Origin: Azolla caroliniana
Lineage: Eukaryota > Plantae > Polypodiophyta
DNA: 64,000 nt
Reading direction: 5' to 3'
Assembly: GCA_043228905.1 (NCBI GenBank)
Contig: JBHGNT010000002.1
Coordinates: 26,226,001-26,290,000 of the forward strand
Below, in pieces: positions 58,201 through 64,000 of the stretch. A model generated the notes under the pieces. It was not told the origin of the DNA and did no database searches. It was given only the letters and a program-made list of their open reading frames with translations. Each line of letters begins with the position of its first letter. Positions within the stretch are counted from its first letter, which is position 1. The position numbers and the translations under genes were made by a program.

Positions 58201-61200
58201 CTCATAAAGCTCATTATCATCCCATATTGAGCTTAAATGTTGTGGTCAAGTACAACGAATCCTATGAGAACCTGACAACTACTTTCTTCTTGTTGCCACT
58301 CCTACACCTTTACTTTCTATTAAATAACATCATTTGGAAAATCAAATTTGAAACAATGTACACATACACACACTCCCTTCCCTATCTTCTAATACAAACA
58401 TACCAATTCTTCAGATAAAAGCATGCATTATCATAAACTAAAAATATTTGACCAAGCAGTGTAATCAGCACATTTTGACATTAACAAAAAACCATTACTG
58501 CAATGTAAACAAACAGAGAATATTATGTCTTACCTGACCCCATTGTGTGTTCCAGGAATTGGCCAATATCTATGGAAATGTTGGAATTGTAAGTAGAGCC
58601 AGCACATATAACTAAAAAGTAAAATATAAAACACCAAATTTAATTAAAAACTACTTACCCAATAATCAAGACCTTCATCTGTGCTACCCCAACCAATCAA
58701 CTTAACTGCATGGCCACCAAGATAGCCCCCTTCTATATATTGATAAACTCCGGATTTGTAGTGTGCAAAGTCCTGTTTTCGCACGTAAAATATGTCATGA
58801 TAAGATGTGTATCTGGGGTATGTGCATATGTTATAAGCAGTCATGGTAAATGATGTATACATTGATTATATGAAAGTATGCCTTAGTGGACATTTTCATT
58901 ACGGTGGTACCCATGAATTACCTCATAAACTTGAAAAGAAACTTCAACAGGTCCATTTGTATAGATTTCTGCCATGATGTCATATGGATCAGATCCGACT
59001 CGGTATGCACTCGATGCATAATGTTTCACAGTTTGATAATCTGTATTGTCTTTACATGCTTGAATACAATCTGGTGTTGGATATAGAGGCTCACATCCAG
59101 GGTGCTGACATCCAGTTGCATCAAAATAAGGGACACACTGAAACGTACAAACATACCATGAGGCTAACATGACCAAAGAAAAATATGTTACCATCAAATT
59201 TAATGAAGTCAATAAATGCTATAAAGCTTTCTTGTAAGGAAAACTACTAGAAAGAAAAAGTAATGTTACGATCACATTCTCCAAATTACATAATTCCCCA
59301 TTGCGTTTTAATAGCTTCGCATTAACATTTTAAAATTATATTATCTTCTGCATGTTTTCATAAACTTCCAGTACCTTTAACTTTCTCTAGAGAGCAAATC
59401 TCAACAACCCTAGGTTTTAATGAAAATTAAGGATGATGAGAGCATCAGAATCTCTATTGTTTGGTAACAGTGAAACATTTCTAACTAGGTCCAGTTTTCT
59501 CTTTTATATATCCTAATTTTATGGCATCTGAAACTAGAATTCAATACATTTGGTATCTGTTTTTCATAGGCCATAAAATCTTCATGTGACTTTGGATCCT
59601 GTGTCCACACCATTGCCATCCAGACTAAGGTTCCATAGCGTATATAGGCCTACTCTAGTTTTAATTAACGCCTAATATAACATAGGTGTGCATAAGTTTA
59701 TTACAGCTAAGCAAGGATAATTTGAGATAAGCTTTACATACATCCGTTGTTACAACACCGTTACGAACGAAGTATTGCCACGCCTGCAGAGGAAAGCCTC
59801 CATTGCAACCAAATCCACATTCAAAGCCACAGCACGACACTACATCATTTTCTGACAATGTAACTGTCTGAATATAAAGCTTCCATTTGTTAGAAACTTT
59901 TATAACTTTATGAAAGAGATTTTATGCAAACTCAACTCACTTCATTGTAATGGATGCAAAATCGATCTGACAAAGCTTCAACTGCTCCAAATGCCCAGCA
60001 AGATCCACAATGTCCCTGTCAACAACAATGTAAATATAGCAAAAGAGGACTATCGAACATAATCGTCACTATCATGATACAAATGTAAGCCATGTGTATT
60101 CAATTTAGGCACTCTAATACCTGATCTGAATGGCAAATTGATATCCAACATCGGTATGAATTTTCCAAGAAAGCATTCAAAATCACCCAAAAAAGGAACA
60201 TTGTTTTAACAAAATGGAATTTTTAATCAATGAGATCAGTTGTGATTAATTTTAATGGGAAAAATATCCCTTTAAATCTGAAATATCCCCGATTTTTTCT
60301 TCCCCTGATGCCCATAAGTTTACATTATTTCCCCAAATTCTTCTCGTCAATCCTCCAAAAGAGGAAAGGTCATGAATTGAGTGGGTAATTGCACAAATCA
60401 CATATTACTGAGAAAAAACGCAACGAATTGAGCATTTATTTGCTTAAATAGAAAGGGTGTTTGGGTAAATAAGGAAAGTTAGGGGCATTTAGGGGAAGGG
60501 GGAGATTTGAGTTTTTCCCTTATTTTAAAGGATCTACCTTCAATTTCTTGATTTTAAAATGCCAAGTGAGGATGATAAAACGAAATTTTCATTGTTTGTG
60601 AGATACTGACCTAGAATCCTCTGCAAAGATGTACAATACGGCCACGCATCTCTTGCATCAAAACTTGTTGGGAGCTTTAGACCTCGAGGGTGTCTTTGTA
60701 TGGGAGCATCCCCTAGCTTGACATCCGTATATGATCCCAAAAGTACTTTAAAATCACCAACCTATGGATCATTCACATGATTATATAACCTTACTTCAAA
60801 AACAATTTTTTAACTATAATAGCATAAAAATGCTTACAGTTGCATTTGCAAATCTAGGATTCAAATCAGCTTTCCAGGTTGCTTTTGGATGATTGTTGAT
60901 CTTGTCAATCAGTGTTTTCTGGAGAAAGAAAAACTTAAATCTTGACGGAAATTTCTGTAACCAAAGCTGCACGATTAATCTAGCAAACGAAGTTAAGACC
61001 AAGTAAATGGAATATTGAGCTTTATGGTATGTCTTGGTTAGAACCATTGACCTATTCAACTATTTAGCATATTGTCTGAATACAGTGTCAAGTTTTGGTT
61101 GCTTCAGATTGATAGTGTTCAAAATAACCGGGTTCTGTGTAATTTTCACTTGCCAATTTTGAAAATCATGCTTGAATTGTAAAGTTCAAAAATAGAAAAA

Positions 61201-61940
61201 CTAGCAACTTTTGACAAAAACAGACGGTTAAATTTTGGCCTCTTGACTACCTTTAAGGTTTGTGTATATGCTCTTAATGACATTCTTTAGACTTTCTAAG
61301 ACACATTAGATTCTCGGTCAATTTTTTTCTTTCATGATTTATCAGAATTGTCATCATTGATATCATTAAATACAAAATATATATGCTTAGGTTTGTATGC
61401 TCAGGAAATTTCCTGGTCATTATCATCATGGTTACAAATGTTTCTTCGTTTTATGAACCCAATATAATAAACATACAAGTGATGCTTTGTTTCATGATCC
61501 AAATATAATAAATATCATCATCATCGCCATTGACATCACAAAATATGCTAATATTACAAACCCAATCTAGTAAACATCATCATGGTTACAAAATATGCTA
61601 GTTTCATCGTCACCATCACAAAAATATGCTTGGATTTATGACCCCAACCTATTCATCGATGAACTATTCCAGAATATCAAAAGAGGTTTCATGTAAAAAC
61701 AAGTAGCAAAAAAACAATACCTGCAAGATGAACTCGTCATCATCCTTATTTGCATCAGACAGGGAGATCGCCTGCAAAAAAAAAGAAGTTCAAAAAGAGT
61801 AGATTCCCTCTTGTACGTAATAATACCGGTTACAGATATTGGGATCTAAACAAACAGCAGAAAACGAGAGATATTTGTAAAGAAAAAACCTGGGAGACTA
61901 TGAGGGAAATTGTGATCCATTGAAACCAAGAATTCGACAT
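55289..61940 (-). CDS. CTSB: Cathepsin B-like papain-family (C1A) cysteine protease with signal peptide and propeptide, 11 exons including a 5-nt microexon
   Basis: Exons 61940-61890, ~61771-61721, ~60918-60838, ~60761-60611 ([14 protein letters not shown]), 60125-60121 (ATCAG), ~60015-59941 ([21 protein letters not shown]), ~59867-59742 ([15 protein letters not shown]), ~59137-58922 ([15 protein letters not shown]), ~58772-58659 ([11 protein letters not shown]), ~58569-58534 (ILANSWN), ~55393-55289 (DGYF..CGIE..*). Catalytic Cys, His and Asn are intact. Confidence 0.95.
56612..57970. repeat. Higher-order tandem array (128-bp monomers, 407-bp superunit) in the last cathepsin B intron
   Basis: Anchor ATCAATTA at 56761, 56929, 57057, 57185, 57336, 57464, 57592, 57743 and 57871, giving spacings 168, 128, 128, 151, 128, 128, 151, 128. 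Confidence 0.92.
57961..58135. repeat. Two copies of a ~96-bp unit abutting the 128-bp array
   Basis: ACATAGAA..TGT.CCAAATTATGGAAA(A)TACAAATGGTGCC.TATAGGA.TTCTCATTATG occurs twice. Confidence 0.8.
60257..60519. mobile_element. Older Mutator-type MITE in cathepsin B intron 4
   Basis: Termini GGGAAAAA...TTTTTCCC with diverged internal inverted repeats (TTCCCCT.ATGCCC.TAA.TTT..TTATTT.CCCAAA). Flanks TAATTTTAAT / TTATTTTAAA resemble a decayed 9-10-bp TSD. Confidence 0.65.
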
Positions 61941-62059
61941 GGTTAAGAGACGAAGACAGAGAAAGAGACAGACAGAGGGAGAGAGGGAGGGGGAGAAGAA
62001 GGGGAGACAGCAAATTAGTGTTGTAGAATTATTGACTAGAGATGTGTATGAATATCCAT

Positions 62060-62150
62060 CCATCCACATGTGCATGTGTATGTGTATGTGTATGTGGATG
62101 TGCATGTGTATGTAGATATGTGCATGTGTATGTCGATGTGCATGTGCATG
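62060..62150. repeat. Alternating purine-pyrimidine (TGTGCA/TGTGTA)n simple repeat upstream of cathepsin B
   Basis: Directly visible; it generates spurious His/Cys-rich ORFs. Confidence 0.85.
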
Positions 62151-64000
62151 TCTCTCTCTTTGCACCTTCTTTGTGTTGGGTCGGGCCCCGGCAACTCTTT
62201 GTTTTCGTAGGCCCGTGTGTCCCATGTGTCCGTGCATGGTCGTGTGCCCGTGCCCCACACCCATTTCCTCTCTTTGTGTTTCTGTTTCTGTTTCTGCCTC
62301 CTTCCTTTTGCTTTCGTGTCTCAGTCAGTGTATGTGTTTCGTGTCTCCATCCACGTTTCCAATAATCATATAAAACATTTGACGCTCTTTTTACCGATCC
62401 CAGCCCACCCGCCTTGTGCTTTCCAATGTAATATAGCTCTTGACAAAACATTGTGCTTACATTAATCATGTTTGCAATTGTTTCCCTGCCATATGATACC
62501 CACATGTGATATGTATCCCATGTATTATGCAAACAATTGGTGAGCACGCATATGAGACATGTCCAATATCCTTGTGCTTTCATATGTCCATAGCAAGCAT
62601 CTACAATTTCATGTCTATGACTCATTGGGGATGCATGCAAAACGATATAATCACATATTGTGGTTCGTCAATGCGTTCTTTAAATGAAGATGTACGTTTC
62701 AACTTCTTTTCGATCACGACAATCTATAGTTGACATTTTCAATGTTAAGAATAGTAGAAATGTAGTCGGTTTATTTGATACGTTACAGACTATTGATTGA
62801 TTATCTCCAAAGTAACATCACGAACAACTAGAGGATGGCACATCTCCAAGCTATCCCTTCTCCATTCTTAGACCAAAACTAATAAGACCCAGTTGCATAA
62901 AGTAAACATGGAAAGAGATTCCAAATGAAACATTTGCTACAGAATTAGAAATCCATGCTTACAAACATGGAACTTATAATACAATTTCATTAGCATATAT
63001 GCTTTTATGCAAATGAATGTCAAAAAGCAAAATTCACAATTATCCAAAACTAAAAATTCGAGAAGATTTGTTTGACAAAAGTATACGAAACATGAGCATG
63101 AAATACGAAACCCAAAGATGGCATTTTCTAGAAGTATATCGTTTAGGAACACAAAGCCACTAACAAATAAGACATATTTGCTTGGTAGCACATATTATAT
63201 AACGTAAAACCCTTGACACAAAAGGCACATTTTCTAAAACTATGTGCATAGGGACATGAAATCACAATCAACAAATATATATTTGCTCAGTGGAAGAGTA
63301 TAGCTGCAAACATGAGATACATAGGAAAAAAACATGAAATATAATATTGCCAAAACTCAAATGAGTATTTGGTGAAAACCTTTAAAAAACACAAGAGGAT
63401 AAGAGTTCCTGGTAGGCTTGTGAACACGAAAGTCAAGAGTTATAGTTTACAATACTTGCTTGCCAAAAGTTCCATAACAAAGAAGATAAATTTTGTGAGA
63501 TGAAAAAAATGCTAGCAATACGTAATGCAAAAGACACAGACATAGACACAAAATGAGTAATAACCCAAAAGATGCATTCGCGACAAATCCAAAAAAGCAA
63601 TACAAGACAGATAACAAAACAGAGATGACAAACACTTCCTATGAGGTTATGTATGTATGCATAGTATGTAATATACTCGAATGCATCGACAAACATCCTT
63701 TTTCATACATATTCAAACGAATGCGTTTGTCATCAAAACATTCTTATCTTTTTTTACACTTTTTACCTAGCAAAAAATACCTTATAATAAATAATGAATA
63801 CAAAGGTATGGTATTTACATCAATAAACATCCTCGAATGCGAATGCACGTATGGTTCATACCATGTATGTATGTGTGTCTATGTATCCGTGCATGGATGT
63901 ATGTATATGATTGTATCAATATGTATGTGTGTGTATGTATGTATGTGTGTGAATTTTGTCATCAACTTGATGAACCAATTTCGTTGTACATGCATTTCCA

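Noticed and set aside
61830-62640. His/Cys-rich ORFs suggesting a metal-binding protein
   Set aside because: They are translations of (TG/CA)-type simple repeats in the cathepsin B upstream region.

Overview
AT-rich eukaryotic (land-plant) nuclear DNA with GT-AG spliceosomal introns, many (GA)n/(TA)n microsatellites and decayed transposons. Eight intron-containing genes can be assembled by hand: an F-box/kelch protein (-), MCTS1/MCT-1 (-), a TLC-domain membrane protein (-), a ZTP29-type ZIP zinc transporter (+), the axonemal dynein assembly factor DNAAF11/LRRC6 (+), plastid ribosomal protein L28 (-), an unrecognised transmembrane/coiled-coil protein (+) and a cathepsin B-like protease (-). 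A plastid-targeted gene next to an intact ciliary gene points to a plant with flagellated sperm; the transposon remnants look fern-like (inference). The most notable details are a 5-nt microexon supplying the oxyanion-hole Gln of cathepsin B, a 128+128+151 bp higher-order tandem array in a cathepsin intron, a solo LTR nested in a LINE RT, Mutator-type MITEs, tRNA-derived SINEs and LINE fragments abutting (GA)n tracts. I found no convincing evidence of a wholly new multi-gene system. Exon coordinates were read manually and may be off by a few bases.
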